IMG/VR virus record: IMGVR_UViG_3300021963_000032
Reading direction: 5' to 3' (one strand)
Origin: a virus
Taxonomy: Duplodnaviria; Heunggongvirae; Uroviricota; Caudoviricetes
DNA length: 16,188 nt
Shown here: positions 5,998 through 14,156 of the stretch, piece by piece
Numbering within the stretch: position 1 is the stretch's first letter
Layout: each line of letters opens with the position of its first letter
Program-made: the position numbers and the translations under genes
Notes under the pieces: model-generated
Databases searched by the model: none
Told to the model about the DNA's origin: nothing
The model's input: only the letters and a program-made list of their open reading frames with translations

Positions 5998-6276
5998 ATG
6001 GCATACGTAGAAGTAGATATAGACTTAGATGATTTTTATGATGATTTAGGTGAGTGGGAAAAGGAAGAGCTTGTAGAGAAGCTTATCAAGGATGGTTATG
6101 AGATGAAAGATCCGAACAGAGAGTATGAGGAAGATGTTGATGTGGATAGTGTGGAGTTTAATGGAAACCCTCTCGACTATGCATGGAAGGCAATGATCAA
6201 GAAGATTGACCACAGTCGCTATCAACTGACACCAGAGCAGGAAGAAATGTTGTTCAACTTAGCAAAGAGCCTATGA
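5998..6276 (+). CDS. Hypothetical acidic protein (92 aa)
   Basis: ORF beginning MAYVEVDIDLDDF, very Asp/Glu rich and tightly packed. Confidence 0.75.
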   Translation: MAYVEVDIDLDDFYDDLGEWEKEELVEKLIKDGYEMKDPNREYEEDVDVDSVEFNGNPLDYAWKAMIKKIDHSRYQLTPEQEEMLFNLAKSL

Positions 6277-6719
6277 GTACGACATTTGCAATTAGGACTC
6301 CTGACGGAAAGCTAAAACCTATAGCTTATAGAGTGAACGGTGGTAAGATACATTTCACAAACGACATTGCTGAGTTTATGTTAGAGGAGAGTTTACCGGT
6401 AGAGGCAACTGACAACTCACCACAAGGTATCTTCACAATTGGTGACATAAGGGAGTGCATCCGTAGACAAGAGGAAGAAGAAGAGTATGAGGAGCAGTCG
6501 TGGATTAAAGATCCTACCAAGATAGAAAGGCGCAAACGTAACTCAATCTTTGTACCGATGGATGATGCATGGCATAAAGAGCATGACTTTGTTGAAGTAA
6601 CGGAGTGGTCGAATGGAGAAGGGTGGGACATTACAATCTCTGACGAAAAACAGATATCACTACACCATACAGAGTTTGCAGTTATCAAAGAATTAATAGC
6701 TTTATTGGAAAAAGATTAG
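6273..6719 (+). CDS. Hypothetical protein, apparently two modules joined by a poly-Glu linker
   Basis: An N-terminal module, then QEEEEEYEE, then a C-terminal module containing DFVEVTEWSNGEGWDITI. Confidence 0.75.
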   Translation: MSTTFAIRTPDGKLKPIAYRVNGGKIHFTNDIAEFMLEESLPVEATDNSPQGIFTIGDIRECIRRQEEEEEYEEQSWIKDPTKIERRKRNSIFVPMDDAWHKEHDFVEVTEWSNGEGWDITISDEKQISLHHTEFAVIKELIALLEKD

Positions 6720-6727
6720 TATATTTA
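6697..6727 (+). promoter_or_regulatory. Putative promoter for polA
   Basis: TAG (6697-6699), a 20-nt spacer and TATATTTA (6720-6727). The ATG follows at 6732. Confidence 0.5.
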
Positions 6728-6731
6728 GCAT

Positions 6732-8972
6732 ATGAAAAGTTACAAGATAATAACCGACGAGGCTGGTGTCGTAGAATTAGCCAACTATATCAAGAACGGT
6801 AACATCATCGCGTATGATACTGAGACGACTAGTGTCAATCCTAGAACTGGTCAGATCATTGGATTCTCAGTTTCAGCTAATATCGGTGAAGGTTATTACT
6901 TTCCCACACGTAAATGGGATGCAGATGCTCAGCAACTAGTTGATCTTACGTTAGGTGGAAAGAGTTGTGATGACATTGCTGTACAGCTTATCAAAATGTT
7001 GTTAGATAAAAAGCTTGTCATGCACAATGCATCTTTCGACGTTCGGTACACGAAGAACTTCTACGGAGTTGATCTTCGTGATGCTCTCTATTGTGATACC
7101 ATGTTACTACGACACACCCTCAAAGAGGATGGTCCATTTGGTTTGAAGGATATTGCAATTGAGATTCAGAATGAGTTAGGTTTAGATGCTGAGAAGGATG
7201 CCAATGAAGAGCAGATTCGATTGAAAGAATCTATTCAAAACAACGGTGGAAGCATCACTAAAACTAACTACGAAATCTTCAAAGCTGATATGAACCTATT
7301 GGGAGAGTATGCAGCAGCCGATACCGATTTAACGCTTCGAGTAATGACTCACTACTTGCCAATCCTAAAGGAGCAGGAGTTGTGGGATTTCTTCTTTGAA
7401 GAGGAGGTAATGCCTCTTTACAAGACCGTTACTATTCAGATGGAAGAAACGGGAACTCAGCTTAACATTGAGTTGATCGAGAAGACTAAGAAGGATATCA
7501 ATGCTGATATCGCTAGACTCGAGGGTGAGATTATCTCAGACTTAATGAAGATACCACAAGTTCAGCAGTGGGTTGTTAAACGAGCGTTAACTAATCACCC
7601 ACCCAAGAAAAGAGGTCACTATGGTAAACGAGTAGAAGCTAAGTTGGATCAACTAATTGATCGTGATGGTGGAGTAGCATTCCTAAAGAGTGGTGATCCG
7701 AATGACCTTAACGAGCAAGATAAGATTGCAATCAGCTTAGACCTATTAAAGGAGAAGGATGGTACATTTGTAAACATCAGCAGTAAGCAGCAGCTATCCG
7801 AAATGTGCTTTAAGTATATGAAGATCAAACCTATTAGTCAGACTCGTAAGGGTACAGATCAGTTTGATGACGGAATGATTGATGCGTTAAGTAAGGAGCA
7901 CGGTTGGGCTTTTAAGCTTCGTGACTACAACAAACTAAATAAGATTCAATCAGCCTATGTTGATCGATTCCTAGACAATAGTGAGAACGGAAGATACTAT
8001 TGGTACTTCAAACAACACGGAACTACCTCAGGTCGATTTAGTTCTGACTCACAACAACTACCTCGTGTACTTGAGGAAGGAGAGCAAAGTGAATTAGTAT
8101 TAAGTTACAATAACATTATTCGTAGCTTCTTACAAGCAGAGGAGGGACGTAGGTTTATTATCTGTGACCAATCATCTCTTGAGCCACGAGTGTTCGCATC
8201 AGTAAGTAATGACCCTAACCTAATTAACGTATTTCTTGACAATGAGGATTTATATTGTAGAGTGGCTATTCAAGCGTTTAAGCTTAAAGGCATGTCGGCG
8301 AAGAAGAGCGATGATAACTACGTCAAGAACATTCGTCCAGAACTTAGACAGAGAGCAAAAAGTATTGCGCTTGCTATTCCTTATGGAGCAGGTGCGTGGC
8401 AGATCGGTCAATCGCTCAACATTCCAATCGGAGAAGCACAAAAAATGATCGATGGTTACCTAGAAGGTTTCCCTGAGTTAGCTAAGTGGATGAGTGATAG
8501 CCACCTGAGAGCACAGACTTTTGGTTATGTGAAGAACAAGACTGGACGTATTCGTCACTTAGACCGAGTAAAGTTAATCTATGAGAAGTTTGAGAATAGT
8601 CTTATTGAACCAGGACCATTTGCTCAAATGAAGCGTATGGCTAAGACTCCGGAGCAGACAGCACAACTAATGAAGCTTCGTATGGAATACAAGAACGGTC
8701 TTAACAACTGTAAGAACTTTCAGATCCAATCACTAGCAGCTTCAATCATGAACAGATCTGCTATTCAGATTCACAAGCGATTCAAAGAGGAAGGACTAGA
8801 TGCTTGTATCATGCTACAGATTCACGATGAGTTTGTTGTCAATGCAAGTGTAGAGTGTATGGATAGAGCTTGTGCAATTACTAAAGAGTGTATGGAGAAC
8901 ACAGTATCAATTGCAACTGGATTGATTGCAGAGCCAAACATCGCAAAAGATTTCGGAGAAGGACACGTTTAA
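6732..8972 (+). CDS. polA: Family A DNA polymerase with 3'-5' exonuclease and no 5'-3' exonuclease domain
   Basis: ExoI AYDTETT, ExoII HNASFD, ExoIII YAAAD, then QHGTTSGRFSS, motif A CDQSSLEPR, motif B RQRAKSIALAIPYG and motif C QIHDE. Confidence 0.95.
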   Translation: MKSYKIITDEAGVVELANYIKNGNIIAYDTETTSVNPRTGQIIGFSVSANIGEGYYFPTRKWDADAQQLVDLTLGGKSCDDIAVQLIKMLLDKKLVMHNASFDVRYTKNFYGVDLRDALYCDTMLLRHTLKEDGPFGLKDIAIEIQNELGLDAEKDANEEQIRLKESIQNNGGSITKTNYEIFKADMNLLGEYAAADTDLTLRVMTHYLPILKEQELWDFFFEEEVMPLYKTVTIQMEETGTQLNIELIEKTKKDINADIARLEGEIISDLMKIPQVQQWVVKRALTNHPPKKRGHYGKRVEAKLDQLIDRDGGVAFLKSGDPNDLNEQDKIAISLDLLKEKDGTFVNISSKQQLSEMCFKYMKIKPISQTRKGTDQFDDGMIDALSKEHGWAFKLRDYNKLNKIQSAYVDRFLDNSENGRYYWYFKQHGTTSGRFSSDSQQLPRVLEEGEQSELVLSYNNIIRSFLQAEEGRRFIICDQSSLEPRVFASVSNDPNLINVFLDNEDLYCRVAIQAFKLKGMSAKKSDDNYVKNIRPELRQRAKSIALAIPYGAGAWQIGQSLNIPIGEAQKMIDGYLEGFPELAKWMSDSHLRAQTFGYVKNKTGRIRHLDRVKLIYEKFENSLIEPGPFAQMKRMAKTPEQTAQLMKLRMEYKNGLNNCKNFQIQSLAASIMNRSAIQIHKRFKEEGLDACIMLQIHDEFVVNASVECMDRACAITKECMENTVSIATGLIAEPNIAKDFGEGHV

Positions 8973-8985
8973 TAAAAAACTAGCA

Positions 8986-8993
8986 TATTTATA
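8986..8993 (+). promoter_or_regulatory. TATTTATA motif upstream of hsp20 (possible second promoter class)
   Basis: Intergenic TATTTATA, also present at 13515-13522. Confidence 0.35.
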
Positions 8994-9056
8994 CACAGAC
9001 CCTAGGGCAGCCTAGTTACATTATTATTTTATAAACCATCTAAGGAGGTAAACATT

Positions 9057-9467
9057 ATGAGCACAGAAGTCACATTTGACGTCCTATTTCGGGACCTATT
9101 TAACGCGCATTCGCGTTTCGGATCTATTTCAGAGATCAAAATTCCACACCCAGTAGATATCTACGAACACTCAGACGGTCTTGTTTTTGAGATCGCATGC
9201 ACCGGTCTTACTAAAGACGAGGTTGATATTGATGTTGAGTTGGATGTTCTAAAGGTAAGTTATAACAAACCACAACACCATGATGGCATTGAAGAAGCTC
9301 GCACATATCAGTGTAGAGGAATTGCACGCCGTTCGTTTAATCTAGCGTATAAGATATCACCAAAATACACTCTATCAGAGAGTGCAGCTGTAATGGAGGA
9401 TGGTCTATTGATTATTGAAATTCCATTTGCTGAAGAAGCTAAACCAAAAAAGTTACAAATTAAGTAA
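9057..9467 (+). CDS. hsp20: Small heat shock protein (Hsp20/IbpA family)
   Basis: Alpha-crystallin domain pattern PVDIYE...EIACTGLTKDEVDIDVE...RGIARRSF...A.MEDGLL.IEIP with a C-terminal KKLQIK (I-X-I like). A strong SD AAGGAGGT lies at 9042-9049. Confidence 0.92.
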   Translation: MSTEVTFDVLFRDLFNAHSRFGSISEIKIPHPVDIYEHSDGLVFEIACTGLTKDEVDIDVELDVLKVSYNKPQHHDGIEEARTYQCRGIARRSFNLAYKISPKYTLSESAAVMEDGLLIIEIPFAEEAKPKKLQIK

Positions 9468-9476
9468 CTAAAACGG

Positions 9477-9506
9477 TTGTTCTTGGGTCTTTTTTCCGTA
9501 TATTAA
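9477..9506 (+). promoter_or_regulatory. Putative promoter for groES-groEL
   Basis: TTG (9477-9479), a 19-nt spacer and TATATTAA (9499-9506), located intergenically. Confidence 0.5.
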
Positions 9507-9528
9507 ATTTTATAAACAGTTATACAAC

Positions 9529-9822
9529 ATGAGTAAATTTCAACCAGTTAGCGACAAGCTAGTGTGTCTTCCACTCGAGCAAGACGAAATGAGCGCAGGA
9601 GGGATCATCCTTCCAGAGCTAAGTGACCAGAAAACCCTAAAGGCTAGGGTAGTAGTTGCGGGGAAAGGATTTTGGGCAGCTCCAGGTTTGTTCATTGAGA
9701 CAACCCTTACAGAAGGAGATATAATCCTTTATCAGCGATTCGCTGCACAGACATTTGAGTACGATGACTTGGAGTACCATATCATCCAAGAGCGTGATGT
9801 ATTAACAAAAATCAACGACTAA
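9529..9822 (+). CDS. groES: Co-chaperonin GroES (Cpn10)
   Basis: FQPVSDKL, mobile loop EMSAGGIILPE, VVVAGKG and GDIILY...Y.IIQERDVL. It lies directly upstream of groEL. Confidence 0.93.
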   Translation: MSKFQPVSDKLVCLPLEQDEMSAGGIILPELSDQKTLKARVVVAGKGFWAAPGLFIETTLTEGDIILYQRFAAQTFEYDDLEYHIIQERDVLTKIND

Positions 9823-9824
9823 GA

Positions 9825-11465
9825 ATGGACAATAAAGTAAAGATTATCAGTTATGATACTGAAGCACGAGACAAAGTGCGAAATGGTGTGAACAAGTTAG
9901 CTAAGGCTGTTTCATCTACATTAGGACCAAAGGGTCGTAACGTAATGATTGAAAAAGAGAATGGCTCTCCAGTGATTACAAAAGATGGTGTAACAGTTGC
10001 AAAAGAGTTCTTCTTGAAAGACCCAGTAGAAAACATGGGTGCTCAGGCAATCAAAGAAGTATCAGTTCGTGCTGCTAAGATGGCTGGAGATGGTACTACA
10101 ACTGCAACGGTTCTAGCTTCGTATATGTACAACGAGGGAATCAAAGCTATCAACGCAGGAGTTAATCCAATTGAATTAAAAAGAGGAATGGATTTGGCTA
10201 CAAACCAAATCATTGAAAACCTACGTGACTTGAGTCGTGATGTAGTTACTAACGAAGAGATTCGTCAAGTGGCAACCATCTCAGCTAACAACGACACTTC
10301 AGTTGGAAACATCATTGCAGAGGCAATGGAGAGTGTTGGTAAGGATGGAGTAATCCAAGTAGAGGAAAGTAAAACTTCTGAGACTACCTTAGAGGTGGTA
10401 GAAGGTATGCAGATCGAACGTGGATTCATTTCACCATACTTTGCAACTAATCAGGCTTCGATGACTTCTCAACTAGAGAATCCAATGATCTTGATCTGTG
10501 ACAAGAAGATCAGCAGCATTAAAGAGATCCTACCATTACTAGAAAACTGTAGCAAGCAAGGTAAACCTTTGTTAATTGTAGCAGACGATGTAGATGGTGA
10601 AGCTTTAGCTACAATGGTAGTAAACAAAGCTCGTGGTATCTTAAACGTATGTGCTATCAAGTCACCAGGATTTGGAGACCGTAAGATTCATATGCTTGAA
10701 GATATTGCTATATTGACTGGTGGTCAAGTGGTTTCAGCAACTAAGGGAATGAAGCTAGAGAAGCTTACTCTTGATATGCTAGGAACAGCTCGTATGGTAA
10801 TTGTAAGCCAAAGTGAAACTGTTATCGTAGATGGTGCAGGAGATACTGACGCAATTGCTGGACGTGTTGAGGACATTAAAACTCAGTACGAAAAAGCAGA
10901 AAGTGATTACGAGAAGCAAGGAATCAAGGAGCGTCTAAGTAAGTTGATGGGAGGTGTTGCAGTATTGAACATCGGAGCAGCAACTGAGATTGAGCTTAAA
11001 GAAAAGAAAGATCGAGTTGACGATGCACTACACGCTACGCGAGCAGCAGTAGAGGAAGGTATCGTTGCAGGAGGTGGTGTTGCTTTAATGCAAGCTATCA
11101 AAGAATTAAAAGTTACAACAGAGAATGACGATCAAATTTTAGGTGTAGGAATCATCACAAGAGCGTGTTCCGCACCTTTCAATGCGATTGTTAATAATGC
11201 AGGTAAAAGTCCTGATGCAATTGCTCAACGTATCACTCTTTTCAAAGAGGGAGATGATTCGAGCTTTGTAGGTTACGATGCACGCCACGATGAGGTATGT
11301 GATATGTTTAAGGCTGGAATCGTGGATCCAACCAAAGTATCTCGTACAGCATTGGAGCTTGCCAATTCTGTAGCTGGAACGCTACTCACCACGGAGTGTG
11401 TTATTAGTTTTGATCCCGAACAAGAAGATAAAGAAAAGAATTCTTCAGTTCCAGACTACTACTAG
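9825..11465 (+). CDS. groEL: Chaperonin GroEL (Cpn60)
   Basis: [40 protein letters not shown] and [22 protein letters not shown]. The C-terminus lacks GGM repeats. Confidence 0.98.
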   Translation: MDNKVKIISYDTEARDKVRNGVNKLAKAVSSTLGPKGRNVMIEKENGSPVITKDGVTVAKEFFLKDPVENMGAQAIKEVSVRAAKMAGDGTTTATVLASYMYNEGIKAINAGVNPIELKRGMDLATNQIIENLRDLSRDVVTNEEIRQVATISANNDTSVGNIIAEAMESVGKDGVIQVEESKTSETTLEVVEGMQIERGFISPYFATNQASMTSQLENPMILICDKKISSIKEILPLLENCSKQGKPLLIVADDVDGEALATMVVNKARGILNVCAIKSPGFGDRKIHMLEDIAILTGGQVVSATKGMKLEKLTLDMLGTARMVIVSQSETVIVDGAGDTDAIAGRVEDIKTQYEKAESDYEKQGIKERLSKLMGGVAVLNIGAATEIELKEKKDRVDDALHATRAAVEEGIVAGGGVALMQAIKELKVTTENDDQILGVGIITRACSAPFNAIVNNAGKSPDAIAQRITLFKEGDDSSFVGYDARHDEVCDMFKAGIVDPTKVSRTALELANSVAGTLLTTECVISFDPEQEDKEKNSSVPDYY

Positions 11466-11474
11466 TTTTAATTT

Positions 11475-11503
11475 GAAGGGGGCTTAGGTCCCCTTCTTTT
11501 TTT
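11475..11503 (+). terminator. Rho-independent terminator after groEL
   Basis: GAAGGGGGC-TTAG-GTCCCCTTC hairpin (one G-U pair) followed by TTTTTTT. Confidence 0.88.
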
Positions 11504-11511
11504 CTTAAATT

Positions 11512-11739
11512 ATGAACAACCAGAAACCAAACCAATTACAGCCAGAGATAGATTTCTCTATGGCAGAAAACTATACTTGTGAAGAGTGTAGCAATGATAG
11601 ATTCGTAGTAAACTATTTGATTAAGAAGTTCTCAGCTTTGATTTCTCCAACCGGGAATGAAATGCTAACACCTATTCAGGCTTTTGCTTGTTCCAAGTGT
11701 GGACATATTAATGCAGATTTTTTACCAGAAAATCAGTAA
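11512..11739 (+). CDS. Zn-ribbon protein (CxxC...CxxC)
   Basis: CEEC and CSKC pairs in a 75-aa ORF. Confidence 0.8.
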   Translation: MNNQKPNQLQPEIDFSMAENYTCEECSNDRFVVNYLIKKFSALISPTGNEMLTPIQAFACSKCGHINADFLPENQ

Positions 11740-11744
11740 AAAAT

Positions 11745-11775
11745 TAGGAATACTGAGATATGTTTAGTACTTTTA
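11745..11775 (+). promoter_or_regulatory. Putative promoter for the PD-(D/E)XK nuclease operon
   Basis: TAG (11745-11747), a 20-nt spacer and TACTTTTA (11768-11775). The ATG follows at 11780. Confidence 0.5.
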
Positions 11776-11779
11776 TACT

Positions 11780-12667
11780 ATGAGTGAAACAAAGCAAAAG
11801 ACAGTATCGTATTCTCAGTTTTCGTTGTATGCAAAATGTCCACGTCGTTGGAAGTTGGATTACCTAGACAACCTTAGAGTTTACGAACAAAGTATCCATA
11901 CAATCTTTGGAACAGCATTCCACACCACATTGCAGAATTATCTTACTGTAATGTATAACGAATCTGTAAAGAAGGCTGATGAGATTGACTTACCAAAGTA
12001 TTTGCAAGATCAAATATTTTTGGAGTATAAAACAGCTACAGAGAAGAATGGCGGTGTCCACTTCAGTGATGCTAAAGAGTTATCGGAGTTTTATAATGAC
12101 GGTGTTGAGATTCTAAAGTATGTGAAACGACATAGAGGAGTATACTTCTCTAGCAAGAAACACAAACTAATTGGTATCGAGATGCCACTAGACTTACAAC
12201 TCAAAGGTAACATTGGCTTCAAAGGGTTTATCGATATCGTTATTCTTGATGAGCGTGATGGTCGTATTAAGATTTGGGATATCAAGACTTCAACGTCAGG
12301 ATGGAACAAGTACCAAAAGGCTGACCAAACGAAGACAGCTCAGTTAATTTTGTATAAAGAGTTTTATGCAAAACAATACGGATGGGATGTTGAAATGATT
12401 GATGTAGAGTATTTAATCGTTCGTAGAAGGATTAATGAGAATGCAGAGTTCGTTCCTAAGAGAGTACAAACATTCATACCTGCAAGTGGTAAAGTAACTC
12501 GTAACAAGATCGCAAAGATGTTCCAAGAGTTCTTAGACAACTGCTTTACAGAGGAAGGTGAGTATAATGAGAACGGAACCTTTCCAGCTATGGAGACTAG
12601 TGTATGTAAGTACTGTCCATACTTTAATTCGGAATTGTGTAACAAAAAAGATCGAATCAAAAAATGA
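11780..12667 (+). CDS. PD-(D/E)XK nuclease, Cas4/AddB-like with probable 4Fe-4S Cys staple
   Basis: SYSQFSLYAKCP at the N-terminus, IEMPL, GFIDIV, IWDIKT, QLILY and C-terminal CKYCPYFNSELC. Confidence 0.88.
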   Translation: MSETKQKTVSYSQFSLYAKCPRRWKLDYLDNLRVYEQSIHTIFGTAFHTTLQNYLTVMYNESVKKADEIDLPKYLQDQIFLEYKTATEKNGGVHFSDAKELSEFYNDGVEILKYVKRHRGVYFSSKKHKLIGIEMPLDLQLKGNIGFKGFIDIVILDERDGRIKIWDIKTSTSGWNKYQKADQTKTAQLILYKEFYAKQYGWDVEMIDVEYLIVRRRINENAEFVPKRVQTFIPASGKVTRNKIAKMFQEFLDNCFTEEGEYNENGTFPAMETSVCKYCPYFNSELCNKKDRIKK

Positions 12668-13137
12668 CAGAGTTTATAGATATTTCAATGGGGAGAATCA
12701 GTACCCTCGATCCGAGAGTAATTGAATCTGCTACCAGAGCATTTCAGAAATGTCTTTCAAAACATATTCCAATTTACATTATTTGGGGTAGTCGCACAGT
12801 CGAGCAACAAGAATTATTATATAGGTCCGGACGCTCAATGCACGGACCTATTATTACATCTCGCAGGCCTGGTTACAGTGCACATAACTTTAGATTGGGA
12901 TTAGACTTCTGCCTACTAGATGGAAAGAAGTTACTTACGTTTGATGAATGCCTACCTAACGAAGTGTTGCATGAAAAGTGGTTTAGAGCAGTTCGTTATT
13001 TTGAAGAAGAAGGATGGGAGTCAGGATGGAGATGGCCAAGCTTTGAGCCAGGTCATTTACAAAACCTAATGGGACATACCATAGGAGAGTTACACATAAG
13101 TTACGCAAGACATGAGAATAGGGATAACGGGAACTAA
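12664..13137 (+). CDS. M15-family Zn peptidase (L-Ala-D-Glu peptidase / endolysin-like)
   Basis: GSRTVEQQELLYRSGR, an SxH-x6-D motif (SAHNFRLGLD) and GWRWPSFEPGH (ExxH). Confidence 0.82.
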   Translation: MTEFIDISMGRISTLDPRVIESATRAFQKCLSKHIPIYIIWGSRTVEQQELLYRSGRSMHGPIITSRRPGYSAHNFRLGLDFCLLDGKKLLTFDECLPNEVLHEKWFRAVRYFEEEGWESGWRWPSFEPGHLQNLMGHTIGELHISYARHENRDNGN

Positions 13138-13510
13138 GACGTACGAGAATAGGATAAAAATTAAGAACTTTATGTTCCAACTTAAAAACCACGCAGACGA
13201 TCTTGTGATTATTGGCTTAGGAGAAAGGGATGGAGCTGACAAGTACGTAAAACGATATGCTTTAGAGTTTGGATATTCTTACCGAGAAGCGAATCTACCC
13301 CATACCCCACAGAACCTATACAGTTTACTTTCGGAGCAACATTACAATAAGCCGTATGCTCCTAAAAATTTTTTCACAAGAAATAAGATCTATACGCAAT
13401 TTGTTGACAAACTCGTTTTGTTTGACGATTCCGATGTGAGGGATATAAAGGTTTCAAATTTGGTTAGAGAGTTTGCAAAAGCCAAAAAGAGAGTTGTTAT
13501 TGTAAATTAA
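13112..13510 (+). CDS. SLOG-superfamily (YspA/DUF2493-like) protein
   Basis: IGITGTKTY, GERDGADKYVKRYA and FFTRNKIYTQFVDKLVLF match the SLOG G.R...GAD...RN...D pattern. Confidence 0.7.
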   Translation: MRIGITGTKTYENRIKIKNFMFQLKNHADDLVIIGLGERDGADKYVKRYALEFGYSYREANLPHTPQNLYSLLSEQHYNKPYAPKNFFTRNKIYTQFVDKLVLFDDSDVRDIKVSNLVREFAKAKKRVVIVN

Positions 13511-13514
13511 CAAC

Positions 13515-13522
13515 TATTTATA
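13515..13522 (+). promoter_or_regulatory. TATTTATA motif 3 nt before the ATG at 13526
   Basis: Intergenic, and the same octamer as 8986-8993. Confidence 0.35.
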
Positions 13523-13525
13523 AGC

Positions 13526-13918
13526 ATGAAAGAGATGAAAACGTGTATGGCTGAGTTGGTAGAGTGCATGGATGATCAAGGATGGTCAACGTATCCACTA
13601 CCTAGCGTGAAGCTAAATAACGATCCACAGATGACAAATGGCATCTTAACACCGACTGGACACTACGACCCAGCAAACAAGGTGATCGTTCTTTATGTAG
13701 CTAATCGCCACCCTAAAGATGTGCTAAGAAGCTTTGCACACGAAATGAGACATCACCACCAGAATATGACTGGGATGTTGAATATGGACGAAGTAGATAG
13801 TGCATCAGATCCCAACTATGCTCAAAATAACAAACACTTGAGAGGCTTAGAGGAAGACGCTTTCAAAGAAGGTAACATGCTATTCAGAGATTGGGCAGAT
13901 AAAAGAAAGAACAAATGA
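13526..13918 (+). CDS. HExxH zincin-like metallopeptidase domain protein
   Basis: GHYDPANKVIVLYVANRHPKDVLRSFAHEMRHHHQN with a distal Glu (LEEDA). Confidence 0.7.
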   Translation: MKEMKTCMAELVECMDDQGWSTYPLPSVKLNNDPQMTNGILTPTGHYDPANKVIVLYVANRHPKDVLRSFAHEMRHHHQNMTGMLNMDEVDSASDPNYAQNNKHLRGLEEDAFKEGNMLFRDWADKRKNK

Positions 13919-14154
13919 GAGATATATTCGAAAACCTAAGTACAAGACTGCAAGGTGGTGACCACGAAGTAGAGATGGCTATTACAGACTTAAAAGCTAT
14001 TGCTGATATGGCTGGAAAACTAGCAACATACTTTCAAGACAACAATCCACAAGAGTTAGAAGGTTGGGTACAAGCTAAGATTACAAAAGCAGCTGACTAC
14101 ATGGAAGCTGTATATAAGAATACAATCTATTCTGGAGATCATTTCGAGGAATAG
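13915..14154 (+). CDS. Hypothetical helical phage protein
   Basis: The DHEVEMA...LEGWVQAKITKAADYM pattern is recalled as a recurrent large-phage domain. It has an ATGA overlap. Confidence 0.75.
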   Translation: MRDIFENLSTRLQGGDHEVEMAITDLKAIADMAGKLATYFQDNNPQELEGWVQAKITKAADYMEAVYKNTIYSGDHFEE

Positions 14155-14156
14155 AT

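Noticed and set aside
3697-6688. Minus-strand ORFs 3697-3945, 4975-5202, 5392-5604, 5493-5681 and 6326-6688
   Set aside because: They are antisense to packed + strand genes, have no motifs, and all promoter and terminator signals point to the + strand.
8236-8448. Overlapping ORFs inside polA (8236-8448 +, 8250-8441 -) as a possible intron or intein-encoded endonuclease
   Set aside because: The polA frame is continuous through motifs A, B and C, and there are no LAGLIDADG, HNH or intein splice motifs.
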